Source: Candidatus Latescibacterota bacterium (GTDB lineage: Bacteria > Latescibacterota > UBA2968 > GCA-2709665). Taken from it: 64,000 nt of DNA. A program made the position numbers and the translations under genes. The DNA is taken from contig CAXXXF010000015.1 in assembly GCA_963667175.2 (NCBI GenBank), positions 32,001 through 96,000 on the forward strand, in the 5' to 3' direction. The notes under the pieces were generated by a model. The model was not told the origin of the DNA. It did no database searches and saw only the letters and a program-made list of their open reading frames with translations. Each line of letters opens with the position of its first letter. The stretch's first letter is position 1. This document shows, one piece after another, positions 1-9,742 of this stretch.

Positions 1-443
1 GTGGCTTTTATTGCGCCCTCGCAGAGCGGTACGCTGGAAAGAAACGGCACGGGGCTCATGCGTCCGACACACGCCTCCACGGCTTCGGGAGGATACAGGG
101 GTAACTCCCCATCCTCCTCGCCGCGCTGGCGCATGATCTTGACCGCGTCGCCCAGCAGGACCCCCACAATCGCCCGCGTCGACCGCGTACTGTGAATCCG
201 AACCTCCGGGGGCAACCCCGGAAGCAGAACCGGCAGCGCCCCGCTGTGATCCGAATGAGCGTGCGTCAACAGCGCTGCTTCCGGCTTGCCGACCTCATCC
301 AGTACCGAAAGATTGGGCAATTGCGAGCCGGGAGGAGCGCCCATTCGAATGCCCGCGTCCACAAGAATGCGCCGTCCCTCGATCTCCACCAGCGTACACG
401 ACGCGCCGACTTCATTCGCGCCGCCCAGAAAGTGCAGCTTCAT
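1..443 (-). CDS. MBL-fold metallo-hydrolase, beta-CASP/YSH1-like ribonuclease (5' part; runs off window start)
   Basis: Not in the ORF track. Manual translation from ATG 443: MKLHFLGGANEVGASCTLVEIEGRRILVDAG...LLTHAHSDHSGALP, with the GGxxEVGxS start and HxHxDH motif. Confidence 0.85.
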   Translation of the reverse strand, partial: MKLHFLGGANEVGASCTLVEIEGRRILVDAGIRMGAPPGSQLPNLSVLDEVGKPEAALLTHAHSDHSGALPVLLPGLPPEVRIHSTRSTRAIVGVLLGDAVKIMRQRGEEDGELPLYPPEAVEACVGRMSPVPFLSSVPLCEGAIKA

Positions 444-558
444 CTCTACCTCTCAAACGTTCGCCATATCCGGGTACGCGGGACGCCGCCCCCGCCATCT
501 CCGGCGTATACGCCGGAATTATCAGACGCTGTCACGTCGATAGACGCGTTGATTGACC

Positions 559-590
559 AAAAAAAGCGCACTTCCTGAAGAGGTGCGCTT
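559..590 (-). terminator. Intrinsic terminator downstream of 636..1049
   Basis: Minus strand reads AAGCGCACCTCTTCAGGAAGTGCGCTTTTTTT: a stem-loop followed by a T7 run. Confidence 0.75.
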
Positions 591-635
591 GAGAAAAGAA
601 ATCGCCGGGTGCGAGTAACTGGGAATGGACCGGTC

Positions 636-1049
636 TCAGAGCTTGATCACGGCGATGAGAATGCCCGTCAGCGCCACCACGGTTGTAATCAGCCACGCGA
701 AACGGGAGTCAATGAGTCTATTGGTTTCGTCGACGCGCTTGTTGGTCTCAGCAATCTGTTGACCAAGTGTCTGGCTGAATTCGTCAATGCGCTTGTTGGT
801 CCCGGCGATCTGCTGACCAAGTGTCTGGCTGAATTCGTCAATGCGCTTGTTGGTCTCAGCAATCTGCTGACCAAGTGTCTGGCTGAATTCGTCAATGCGC
901 TTGTTGGTCTCAGCAATCTGCTGGCGCAGGTCTTTGACGTCATCGCGGATCTGCTGGCGCAGATCCTGCAGGTCTTCGCGCAGATAGGCGACCCCCCAGT
1001 GGGTGTTGTCCGGGGCCGACGCGGCTTGAGATTCGGGCGTTTCGGCCAT
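636..1049 (-). CDS. Coiled-coil repeat protein with C-terminal membrane anchor (DUF1640/Bdr-like architecture)
   Basis: 18-aa repeats QQIAETNKRIDEFSQTLG, hydrophobic tail FAWLITTVVALTGILIAVIKL, AGGAG RBS upstream, own terminator. Confidence 0.75.
   Translation of the reverse strand: MAETPESQAASAPDNTHWGVAYLREDLQDLRQQIRDDVKDLRQQIAETNKRIDEFSQTLGQQIAETNKRIDEFSQTLGQQIAGTNKRIDEFSQTLGQQIAETNKRVDETNRLIDSRFAWLITTVVALTGILIAVIKL
735..923. repeat. 54-bp tandem repeat, 3.5 copies, in frame within 636..1049
   Basis: Unit GCGCTTGTTGGTCTCAGCAATCTG(C/T)TGACCAAGTGTCTGGCTGAATTCGTCAAT starts at 735, 789, 843 and (partially) 897. Confidence 0.95.
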
Positions 1050-1363
1050 AATAGAAGGACTCCTGTCCGCGTATGGGTATCCTCACTTCGAACAGAACGT
1101 CTACCGACGCGAGGGCCTGGAGACGTCGTCAACTGGACCTGCGCGTCACGTCCATAATAAGCGGTTGACCAGGCATTGTCAAGCCGCTTTCGTCATTTGC
1201 GTTCCATGGAACCCGACGCGGCCGCTCGACCCCGCCCGATCCCGGCTTGACAGCGAATGACGCCGGTGTTATGATGGGAAGAGGAAGGAACGCAGGGCAT
1301 TCGGGGCCTGGCCCCGCGCCGGGTACAGGCAAACGAGCGATTTCAGGCGAGAGGAAATCGTCG

Positions 1364-2638
1364 ATGAGCGATTCGAACCGGAACGGGCGAATTCTGGCGG
1401 GATTCGGCAAGGTGGATATGACGCCTCCGGCCCACGAGTCATTCGAGATTTACGATCCCATCTTCTTTCGGGCGCTGCACGTGCGGCAGGGCGACCGCCA
1501 GGTCACGTTTCTGGCGGCGGATTTGTTTCTGTTCGACGATGCCTGTTTCGACATGATGGCCGCAGACCTGGCGGAGACGGACGTGGACCCCGCCTGGGTC
1601 CTCCCCGGCGCCAGCCATATGGGAACGGGGCCCACGCTGTTCCAGTTCTACGTGAATCAGCCCACGGAGGCATTGAAGGAATTCGGAAACGAGGCGTGTT
1701 ACGCCCGGGCGGCGGCGGAAGCGGTTCGCATGGCCCGGGACGACGCTGCTCCCGCCCGCGTGGCGGTCGGCACGGGCGCGGCGGAGCAGGGCTTGCAATA
1801 TAACCGCCGCGCGCACGATGAGCAGGGCAATCTGCGGATGGTCTCGCTGACGGAATTTCCCAGGCCGCCGGACGATCTTGTCTATGACGCGGTGGATCTC
1901 CAGGTGGGCGTCGTGCGCTTCGACCGGGACGGCAGGCGGCCCATCGCGCTGACGAATTTCGGCTGTCACGCACTCGCTATGTGGGATCTGCGAGGCAACG
2001 TCTCGGCGGATTACCCCGGTGTGCTGGTCGGCGGACTGGACGAGAGAGGAATCGACGGCCTCTTCATCCCGGGCGCGCTGGGCAACGTCCATCCCGTGCG
2101 GGAAACGGACGACCCCTGCGGCCGCATCGGCCGGTCGCTGGCAGGAACGGCGCTGGAGATCTACAACGGGCTCACGCCGCGTGCGGACGTGCAACTCGGG
2201 CGCTTCAAGCATACGATTCAGATCGCACGCCAACCCGTTTCGGAAGTCGAGGCCGCCCGGAAAGAATGGGAGGCGAATCCTCCCGCCGCGGAGGGACTCG
2301 CACGATACGAATACTGGCTCGCTCGGACGTACCGGGATCAGCCGGCCTGCGCGTTTGACTTTCACGCGGTCGTGCTCGGCGACAGCGCGTTGGTCCACGT
2401 TCCCGGCGAGCCCTTCGTGGAGACCGCGTTCGCCATCCGGGAGGCCGCCTCGTTCGACACGGTTCTGCTCTTGTGCAACCCGTGCCCGGAGGTGGGGTAT
2501 CTGCCGACGGCGCGCGCACGCGAGGAGGGAGACGGTGAGGTGTTGTTCGCGCCGCTGGAGATGGAATCCGAGGCGCAGATCCGCGATGGAGCGATCGCAT
2601 TGTTAACGGAAGCCGGACGGGAGTCGGCCAATGGCTGA
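1364..2638 (+). CDS. Neutral/alkaline ceramidase-like hydrolase family protein
   Basis: AGFGKVDMTP start, ASHMGTGP, NRR, NFGCHA, SADYPG, PGEPFVE motifs; start at ATG 1364 after GAGG. Confidence 0.7.
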   Translation: MSDSNRNGRILAGFGKVDMTPPAHESFEIYDPIFFRALHVRQGDRQVTFLAADLFLFDDACFDMMAADLAETDVDPAWVLPGASHMGTGPTLFQFYVNQPTEALKEFGNEACYARAAAEAVRMARDDAAPARVAVGTGAAEQGLQYNRRAHDEQGNLRMVSLTEFPRPPDDLVYDAVDLQVGVVRFDRDGRRPIALTNFGCHALAMWDLRGNVSADYPGVLVGGLDERGIDGLFIPGALGNVHPVRETDDPCGRIGRSLAGTALEIYNGLTPRADVQLGRFKHTIQIARQPVSEVEAARKEWEANPPAAEGLARYEYWLARTYRDQPACAFDFHAVVLGDSALVHVPGEPFVETAFAIREAASFDTVLLLCNPCPEVGYLPTARAREEGDGEVLFAPLEMESEAQIRDGAIALLTEAGRESANG

Positions 2639-3533
2639 AGGGCTGATGCAGCGGCTGGAAAAGGGATTCGTACTGGGCGACGGAGGCTACCTGATGGGGC
2701 TGCGCCTCCGGGGGTTTGTTCGAACGGGCGCCATGACGCCGCAGGTGGTGGCAACCCACCCCGAGGAGGTCCGCAGGTTGACACAGGAGTTCAAGGACGC
2801 CGGGGCCGAGGTCCTGCAGACTCTCACGTTTTTCGGCACCTCCAACATGCTGAAGCCGGCGGGGCTCGGGGACCGCGCGAGGGAAATCAATGCCACGGCC
2901 TGCCGGATCGCCAGGGAAGTGGCGGGCGACGAGGCGCTGGTCGCGGGCAATCTGAACAGCCCGACCATCTCACTGATGGATTACGATCCTTCCGACGCCG
3001 CAAAGCGGGACCGGACGCGCGCGTGGCTGAACGAGCAGCTTCCCTGGATCTGCGACGGGGGCGTTGATTTCCTCATCCTGGAGACGTTCTCATGGCTGGA
3101 TGAGGCGCTCCTAGCGCTTGACGTGGCCAAAGGAACGGGTCTCCCGCTAGTGGTTACGGTGAGCATGGAGGGCAGGGGAAACGCGGAGACGTTCGACGGG
3201 TTTTCGCCGGCCGAATGCGCCACACAACTGGCGGATGCCGGCGCCGACGTGGTGGGATTGAACTGCATCTGTCCGCCATCGTCGATGCTCGACTTTGCGG
3301 TTCAGATGCGACGGGCGGTGGACGTACCGGTCTGCTGCCAGCCTTCGGCCTGGCATTCCTGGTGGGACGGGCCCGCGGCCACGGAGGCGCAATTCGCCCG
3401 GTTCGCGAGGGACGCGGCGGCGGCGGACGTCCGCTACCTGGGGTCCTGCTGCGGCGCCGGCCCGGAACACGTGCGCGCGATGGCGCGGGCGATGGGGAAG
3501 CAGGCGTACCCCGCCGGTTGCAGGCGCGATTAA
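2631..3533 (+). CDS. Homocysteine S-methyltransferase family protein (BHMT/MmuM-like)
   Basis: GDGG start, DFLILET, Zn-binding GLNC and GSCCG motifs. Confidence 0.85.
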   Translation: MAEGLMQRLEKGFVLGDGGYLMGLRLRGFVRTGAMTPQVVATHPEEVRRLTQEFKDAGAEVLQTLTFFGTSNMLKPAGLGDRAREINATACRIAREVAGDEALVAGNLNSPTISLMDYDPSDAAKRDRTRAWLNEQLPWICDGGVDFLILETFSWLDEALLALDVAKGTGLPLVVTVSMEGRGNAETFDGFSPAECATQLADAGADVVGLNCICPPSSMLDFAVQMRRAVDVPVCCQPSAWHSWWDGPAATEAQFARFARDAAAADVRYLGSCCGAGPEHVRAMARAMGKQAYPAGCRRD

Positions 3534-3551
3534 ATATATAACGAGTCGATT

Positions 3552-4616
3552 ATGTTCCATCTCCGGACCGAAGGCGACGCGCGCACAAGGGGGATCGCCC
3601 ACGGGCGCGCCGCGTCGGAACGCATCGCAGGCCTGATCGATCGATACAGGGAGGACTTTGCCGACGGGGAAGGCGGCTGGCGCCCGGGGCTCGGGCCGGA
3701 TGCGCGGAAGCGGAAAGTGGACCTGTGGACGGAACGGATCGGTCGCCTGTTTCCCGATACGGTCGCGGAAATCGACGGGATTGCAGCGGGCGCCGGCCTG
3801 CCGTTCGAAGATGTGTTCGAGCTCAACCTTGTCTTCGATCTGGATGCGTCCGTAACGCCGGCGTGCACCGTTTTCGGATTTGCCGACCGGAACGGGCAGG
3901 TCTGGCTGGGGAAGTCCGACGATCTCGGGAAGAGAGAACTGGGCGCCAACGCCATCCATCAGGCGGCGCCTTCCGGTGAGTTGCGGTCCGTCCAGATACA
4001 CTTTGTCGGAACCGTCTGGACGTCGGCCGCGGTCAACGAAGCCGGGTTCGGGTTCGGCATGACCGGACTGACCGGATGCGAACGCCGCCAGGGCGGGGCG
4101 CCGGTGCTGTTCCTCCTGCCACTACTGGCGGAACAGTGCCGCACGGTCGAGGATGCCGTGGCTCTGTGCGACCGGTTCGAGGTGCCGATGCATGGGATGA
4201 GCGTGCTGATGGGCGACGCGACCGGGGACGTGGCGATTCTGGAAAAACACGTTGCCGGTCAGACCGTCAGGCGCCCGGCCGGCCCCGATGCCGCGGTGTG
4301 GGAGACCAACCATTGTCTCGGAAAGGAGCTTGCCGGTAAGGACGATCCGGCGTCGCCGTACCTGGACAACAGCCATGCGCGAGTCTCCTTGCTCCGAAGA
4401 ATGGAAAAGGAAGTCGAGAGGAGCCTCGAGGGACTGACGCGGATGTACCGGACGCACGACGATCCCGTGGGGATCTGCCAGCACGGGCAGGCCGGGCTGC
4501 ATACGGACAGCGGGATCATCATTTGTCCGGGCAAGCGGACCATGTGGGCAACGGAGGGGTATCCCTGCTCGCATCCCTTTTTACGACATGAAGTCGACGC
4601 AAAACAGGTGTTGTAA
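3552..4616 (+). CDS. C45 family autoproteolytic acyltransferase/hydrolase (Ntn fold)
   Basis: EIDGIAAGAG, A-C-T autocleavage site, GKSDD, VNEAG, TNH motifs. Confidence 0.8.
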   Translation: MFHLRTEGDARTRGIAHGRAASERIAGLIDRYREDFADGEGGWRPGLGPDARKRKVDLWTERIGRLFPDTVAEIDGIAAGAGLPFEDVFELNLVFDLDASVTPACTVFGFADRNGQVWLGKSDDLGKRELGANAIHQAAPSGELRSVQIHFVGTVWTSAAVNEAGFGFGMTGLTGCERRQGGAPVLFLLPLLAEQCRTVEDAVALCDRFEVPMHGMSVLMGDATGDVAILEKHVAGQTVRRPAGPDAAVWETNHCLGKELAGKDDPASPYLDNSHARVSLLRRMEKEVERSLEGLTRMYRTHDDPVGICQHGQAGLHTDSGIIICPGKRTMWATEGYPCSHPFLRHEVDAKQVL

Positions 4617-4677
4617 ACATTTGTATTTTTTGTTAACTTTACGTCGAGATGACGGATGATGCATTCAGGATGTGTAA

Positions 4678-5193
4678 ATGATCGTAGCCGACGCTTCCCC
4701 ATTGATAGCCCTTGCCAAGCTCCGGCGACTGGGCATCCTGCGCGACATGTACGGCAACATAACGATCGCACCCGCGGTAAGGGCGGAAACTATCGACGCC
4801 GGGAGGGCGATTAGCGCCCCCGGTGTCGTGCAACTCGAAGCCGCCGTCGAATACGGATGGCTGCAGGAGGTTCGTCTGACCGATGGCGAACGTGACGTCG
4901 CGCGGCGCCTGATTGAACTGTCCCGGTTGGGTCCTGGCGAAGCTGAATCCATCGCACTCGCGCGGGGCAAGTCGCTGCGGTTGGTCGTTGACGACAAGGA
5001 GGCGCGAAACGTGGCTGCGGCAGCGTCGGTTGAATACGTGGGTACTGCCGGAGTACTATTGGAAGCCCGTCTGAGACAACATCTCAGCCTGGGGGAAACG
5101 GAGAAAGCGGTTCGGGACCTCGGACAGATCCTGTGGCTCGCGCCATCGGTTGTCGCGGAAATATTGAGACTCGCAAGGGAGGTTGAAGCATGA
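4678..5193 (+). CDS. PIN-domain toxin, DUF3368 family
   Basis: IVADASPLIAL, LGPGEAESIALA, VVDDKEAR, GTAGVL motifs. Confidence 0.85.
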   Translation: MIVADASPLIALAKLRRLGILRDMYGNITIAPAVRAETIDAGRAISAPGVVQLEAAVEYGWLQEVRLTDGERDVARRLIELSRLGPGEAESIALARGKSLRLVVDDKEARNVAAAASVEYVGTAGVLLEARLRQHLSLGETEKAVRDLGQILWLAPSVVAEILRLAREVEA

Positions 5194-5513
5194 AACTGGA
5201 ACAGATGGTAGGGACCAGGCTTCCCTTGGATCTGGTCCATGCGCTGGAGTTGATCGAAGACGTCGAGCAGTCGGACCGCTCAACCACGGTTCGCCGTCTG
5301 CTGTCGAAAGCAATTCATCAATGGAAGCTGGAACATTACGCGCGCCTGTTCGGAGAAAGAAAGCTCACGCTTGCACGGGCCGCCCGGGAAGCGGGCGTGT
5401 CCCTATGGGAAATGATGGACTTCGCCCGCGAATCGAAGGCGCCGTTCCAATACGACCTCGACGACCTCCATCAGGATCTGGAAGTCATTCATCGATACGC
5501 GCGAAGACAGTAG
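5190..5513 (+). CDS. UPF0175-family antitoxin (RHH-like N-terminus plus HTH)
   Basis: ATGA overlap with the PIN gene; KLTLARAAREAGVSLWEM HTH; DRSTTVRRLL. Confidence 0.75.
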   Translation: MKLEQMVGTRLPLDLVHALELIEDVEQSDRSTTVRRLLSKAIHQWKLEHYARLFGERKLTLARAAREAGVSLWEMMDFARESKAPFQYDLDDLHQDLEVIHRYARRQ

Positions 5514-5646
5514 AGACGTCTGTATATAGGGACACCGAGGTCTGAAGGCCGTTTAATACACACCGACCAGAATAAGGCCCCCGGGTATTAGACCACGGGG
5601 GCTCGTGTCTCGATGACAAGACCGCCAGGACCGGCGGCAGTTAATC

Positions 5647-5722
5647 TGGTAGCGGCGGAGGGACTTGAACCCCCGACCCATGGATTATGATTCCACTGCT
5701 CTGCCAACTGAGCTACGCCGCC
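5647..5722 (-). tRNA. tRNA-Met (CAT), probably elongator
   Basis: GGCGGCGTAGCTCAGTTGGCAGAGCAGTGGAATCATAATCCATGGGTCGGGGGTTCAAGTCCCTCCGCCGCTACCA; 76-nt cloverleaf with encoded CCA; TTGACA-N17-TATTTT upstream. Confidence 0.93.
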
Positions 5723-6069
5723 ACCGATACTCTCGTGTGAAAAATACAAGGTTGCGGCGTCGATGTCAAGCCGGAAAACGCCAGCGAACACGGTTCCTGT
5801 ACCTCCGCGGTTGGCTGGAAAGCCATTGACAAACCCGAGCGAATACGGTACACTGGTATCAGTGTCCTGTCCCGGAAAACCCTCACCATTCGGCCGCACA
5901 TTCATCCCATCTCGCCGCGTTCCCCTCGCTCGCTGATCTTACTCAGGTCGCCTGCGCTTCGGCGCCTTGCGAGCCGGGCGACTCTGCGGCCGAATTCTGG
6001 CAACTTATTTCCGGGACGGAACACCGGTTCATGCCGCATGATTTCCGACTGCCGTGGGAGTTCTCCGAT

Positions 6070-7413
6070 ATGCGCGTTCTTCTTCGGGCTCTGGCGCTCG
6101 TCCTGCTTCTGCCGGCCCTGTGCCGGGCGGGAGGTTCGGTCTACGTCGTACCCATCGAGGGTACCATCGAGGGGGGGTTGGCCGCCTTCATCTCCCGGGT
6201 CATGGAAGAAGCGGAAGCAGAGGACGTGTCGGCGGTTATCTTCGAAATCGACACCCCAGGCGGCGCGCTGGACGCGGCCCTTGTTATCCGGGACGCGATC
6301 CTTTACAGCGACGTGAAGACGATTGCCTTTATCAACCCCCGTGCGATTTCGGCCGGCGCATTGATTTCACTGGCCACCCGGCATATCGTCATGGTGGAAG
6401 GGGGGACGATCGGCGCGGCCACGGCCGTGGACATGCAGGGAAAGAAAGCCAGTGAAAAAGTGATCTCCTATTTCCGCAACGAGATGAAGGCGACCGCCGA
6501 GAAGACGGGCCGCCCTCCCAAACTCGCGGAGGCGATGGTCGACGAAGACGTGGATATAGCGGATCTCGCACCGAAAGGTAAGCTGCTGACGCTCACCACG
6601 ACCGAGGCGGTTGCGAAGAAGATCGCGGAAACCACGGTTACGGCAACGGGCGACGGCGACAAACTCCGGGCAGTACTGGCGCACTACGAACTGGATGGGG
6701 CGCGGATAACCCGCCAGTCGGTGAACTGGTCGGAGCAGGTCGTGCGCTGGCTCACCCATCCGATTGTGGCGTCGTTGCTGATGTCGCTCGGTTTTCTGGG
6801 ATTGATTTTTGAGATCCAGAGCCCGGGTTGGGGCGTCGGCGGCACGATCGGCCTGATTTGCCTTGGTCTGTTTTTCGGCAGCCATCTGTTGGTGCAACTG
6901 GCGGACTGGACGGAAGTACTTCTCTTTTTGGGCGGTGTGATTCTGGTGATTGCCGACCTGTTTTTCATCGTCGGATTCGGAGTGCTGGCCGTTCCCGGCG
7001 TCATTCTGATGATTGCAGGTCTCTTCCTGAGTCTGATGGGACGACCCGAACTGTGGACGTGGGAGTCCGTCGGAATCGGCGCCCGGCCTTTATTGCTGGC
7101 GTTTTTGACGACGGTTCTGATCGCCGGCGTGATGTTGAAAATGCTGCCGCGCACGTCCGCGTGGAAGTGGCTGGTGCTTCAGGAAGAAGAACGCAGCGAC
7201 GCGGGTTACATTGCCACGGGAAAACATGAAGCGCTACTTGGCAAAGAGGGGGTGGCCTTTACGCCGCTGCGTCCCTCGGGTACGGGTCTGATCGACGGGC
7301 GGCGCGTCAATGTCGCGGCGGACGGCGAATTCATCGACAGGGACAGTCGGATCACGGTGGTGGAGGTTGAGGGCAACCGGATTGTCGTCCGCAAATCGGA
7401 GGAGACGGGTTAG
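6070..7413 (+). CDS. nfeD: NfeD/YqeZ membrane-bound ClpP-class serine protease
   Basis: Signal peptide, IDTPGG, AISAGALI, EAMVD, GKLLTLT, multiple TM helices, C-terminal TPLRPSG OB domain. Confidence 0.9.
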   Translation: MRVLLRALALVLLLPALCRAGGSVYVVPIEGTIEGGLAAFISRVMEEAEAEDVSAVIFEIDTPGGALDAALVIRDAILYSDVKTIAFINPRAISAGALISLATRHIVMVEGGTIGAATAVDMQGKKASEKVISYFRNEMKATAEKTGRPPKLAEAMVDEDVDIADLAPKGKLLTLTTTEAVAKKIAETTVTATGDGDKLRAVLAHYELDGARITRQSVNWSEQVVRWLTHPIVASLLMSLGFLGLIFEIQSPGWGVGGTIGLICLGLFFGSHLLVQLADWTEVLLFLGGVILVIADLFFIVGFGVLAVPGVILMIAGLFLSLMGRPELWTWESVGIGARPLLLAFLTTVLIAGVMLKMLPRTSAWKWLVLQEEERSDAGYIATGKHEALLGKEGVAFTPLRPSGTGLIDGRRVNVAADGEFIDRDSRITVVEVEGNRIVVRKSEETG

Positions 7414-7472
7414 CAACGGACGGGAATTGGGAAATCCGGCTCCGTCGACCGAAGTTGAACCGGAGACATGGT

Positions 7473-7781
7473 ATGGTCGAAGGAATTGTGATTTTATTCG
7501 TCCTTATCGTCGCCATTGCGGTTCCGCTGCGGAAATGGCTTGTTCTCCACGCCGACGAAAGGGCGGAAGCCGGCTACATCGCCACGGGAACACATGAAGC
7601 GCTACTTGGCAAAGAGGGGGTGGCCTTTACGCCGTTGCGCCCCTCGGGTACGGGTCTGATCGACGGGCGGCGCGTCAACGTGGCTGCCGACGGGGAGTTC
7701 ATCGAAAGGGATTGCCGGATCAAGGTCGTCGAGGTCGAAGGCAACCGGGTTGTGGTTCGAAAAACCGAGGACGCCCGCTAG
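7473..7781 (+). CDS. Short NfeD-like protein (one TM helix plus C-terminal OB domain)
   Basis: LGKEGVAFTPLRPSGTGLIDGRRVNV is identical to the C-terminus of the upstream gene; GGAG RBS. Confidence 0.8.
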   Translation: MVEGIVILFVLIVAIAVPLRKWLVLHADERAEAGYIATGTHEALLGKEGVAFTPLRPSGTGLIDGRRVNVAADGEFIERDCRIKVVEVEGNRVVVRKTEDAR

Positions 7782-7830
7782 AGACGTCGCCGGTTGAGTC
7801 CGATCGTTTGCAGATACAAGGAGTCGTATC

Positions 7831-8829
7831 ATGGTCGATGCAGCCCTGCTTCTGGTCATTGTTGTCGCTGTAGTCGTCGCGCTGTTCCTATTCTTCTATT
7901 TCATACCGGTCGGGCTCTGGATCTCGGCCCTTGCGGCCCGCGTCCGAATCGGCATCGGGGAACTGGTGGGGATGCGCCTGCGGCGCGTTCCCCCGCGAAT
8001 CATCCTGGGGTCGCAGATCAGCGCCACCAAGGCGGGTCTGGCGATTCCGACCTCCTTCCTGGAAGCGCATTACCTGGCGGGAGGACACGTGGAGAACGTG
8101 GTAACGGCCCTTATTGCGGCTGACAAAGCCGGGATCAATCTCACCACGGAGCGGGCCGCGGCCATCGACCTGGCAGGCCGAAACGTGCTGGAGGCCGTCC
8201 AGGTCAGCGTCAATCCCAAAGTGATTTCCACGCCCATGGTCACGGCCGTGGCGAAGGACGGTATCCAGGTCAAGGCCACGTCACGGGTGACGGTGCGCGC
8301 CAACATCGACCGGCTTGTGGGCGGGGCCGGCGAAGAAACGATCGTCGCGCGCGTTGGCGAAGGGATCGTGACGACGATCGGATCCTCGGAAACGCACAAG
8401 GCCGTTTTGGAGAACCCGGATCTGATTTCGAAAACCGTGCTGGGGAAGGGGCTGGATTCGGGCACGGCGTACGAGATCCTGTCGATCGATATTGCGGACG
8501 TGGACGTGGGTGACAATATCGGGGCGAAACTTCAGACGGACCAGGCCGAGGCCGACCTCAAGATTGCGCGGGCCAAAGCGGAGGAACGGCGGGCGATGGC
8601 GGTCGCCCACGAGCAGGAGATGAGCGCGAGGGTCGTCGAGATGCGGGCGCGCGTCGTGGAGGCCGAGGCCGAGGTGCCGCGCGCAATGGCCGAAGCGTTC
8701 CGCAGCGGCCATCTGGGCGTGATGGACTATTACCGCATGCAGAATATCCAGGCCGATACCTCGATGCGCGAGGGGATCGCCGACACCCAGGAGGGCGCGG
8801 AGGACGATACGGACAGGAGCGAATCGTAA
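7831..8829 (+). CDS. floA: Flotillin-like protein FloA (YqfA)
   Basis: [49 protein letters not shown]; follows nfeD as in yqeZ-yqfA. Confidence 0.95.
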   Translation: MVDAALLLVIVVAVVVALFLFFYFIPVGLWISALAARVRIGIGELVGMRLRRVPPRIILGSQISATKAGLAIPTSFLEAHYLAGGHVENVVTALIAADKAGINLTTERAAAIDLAGRNVLEAVQVSVNPKVISTPMVTAVAKDGIQVKATSRVTVRANIDRLVGGAGEETIVARVGEGIVTTIGSSETHKAVLENPDLISKTVLGKGLDSGTAYEILSIDIADVDVGDNIGAKLQTDQAEADLKIARAKAEERRAMAVAHEQEMSARVVEMRARVVEAEAEVPRAMAEAFRSGHLGVMDYYRMQNIQADTSMREGIADTQEGAEDDTDRSES

Positions 8830-8832
8830 GCC

Positions 8833-9471
8833 ATGAGTTTCGAGTTCACCATCATCCTGCTGATCGTGACAGGCTTGATTTCCTCTCTGGTCAACAAGTT
8901 CTTTGAATCCCGGCGGCGTCGGGAACTGGAGGATGAGGATCCGGATCTGCCCCCGTTGGGCGGGCCGGTCGTCGACCCTTCCGAGGATGACGTCTTTCCC
9001 GAACCGCAAACCTTTGGACAGCCGCCCGCGGGGCGGGAGTTCAGAGAGGTCAGGGGCACGAGGCCGGTAAGCGAAGCGCCCACGGGAGAGGAATTTCGGG
9101 AGATTCGGGGCGCTCGCCCCGTGGACGAGCCTCGGGGTGGAATCGAGTTTCGGGAAGTCAGGGGCGCGCGGCCGGTGAGTGAGGAGTACGACGGGGTCGA
9201 ATTCAGGGAGGTGGAATTCGACCGCCCCGACGATGGCCGCCCCGGCGGAGCCAATATCGGAGGCCCGCCGGCTGAACGGCCTCGCGATGGGTCTGAAACC
9301 GCGGCGGAAGCCCCGGCGGACGACTTGCTGGAGGACCTGCCGCTGGTTTTGGCGCCTCGCCGTCGAGCCCGCCGTCGCAGGATCCGGCTCGATTTTAAAC
9401 CGCAAACGGTCCGCAAGGCGATCGTCTACCACGAAATTCTCGGGCCTCCCGTGGCGGATCGACGGCCGTAG
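8833..9471 (+). CDS. YqfB-position membrane-anchored protein with internal repeats
   Basis: N-terminal TM helix, acidic/proline-rich body, C-terminal RKAIVYHEILGPP typical of the gene after floA. Confidence 0.7.
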   Translation: MSFEFTIILLIVTGLISSLVNKFFESRRRRELEDEDPDLPPLGGPVVDPSEDDVFPEPQTFGQPPAGREFREVRGTRPVSEAPTGEEFREIRGARPVDEPRGGIEFREVRGARPVSEEYDGVEFREVEFDRPDDGRPGGANIGGPPAERPRDGSETAAEAPADDLLEDLPLVLAPRRRARRRRIRLDFKPQTVRKAIVYHEILGPPVADRRP

Positions 9472-9559
9472 CGTCATTTGCCTGGCAAGACGTGACGGGC
9501 AGGAGGTACGCTCGCTTTTACTGGCGTCAGTATGGCCGATGAGGCACCTGTTACGTAAG

Positions 9560-9588
9560 CCGCTCCCTGAGCTTGTCGAAGGGTCGGC
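9560..9588. repeat. REP-like short palindrome (CCCTGAGCTTGTCGAAGGG type)
   Basis: CCGCTCCCTGAGCTTGTCGAAGGGTCGGC; inverted near-identical copy (1 mismatch) at 39706..39734. Confidence 0.8.
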
Positions 9589-9742
9589 GACGGCTGATGC
9601 GGTGGGGGTAGCGAACCCTGGCGTACCCTCTCAATCGCGTTCGCCCGGCCTGTCATCCTGAGGAAAGCCCCGTCTGCCGTGCCCGGACAGCTTGTATGTC
9701 GGGCGGAATTTAAACAACGCTATCTGTAGAGGAATAGGTTGT

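Noticed and set aside
1-578. Plus-strand ORFs 1..195, 192..578 and 286..543
   Set aside because: They are shadows of the minus-strand MBL hydrolase, which has clear motifs.
735-923. Possible CRISPR array
   Set aside because: The units are contiguous with no unique spacers, are a multiple of 3 inside a CDS, and no cas genes are present.
9035-9225. Repeat-spacer-like DNA pattern as a CRISPR or ncRNA array
   Set aside because: Conservation is at the amino-acid level with synonymous variation, so it is a protein repeat.
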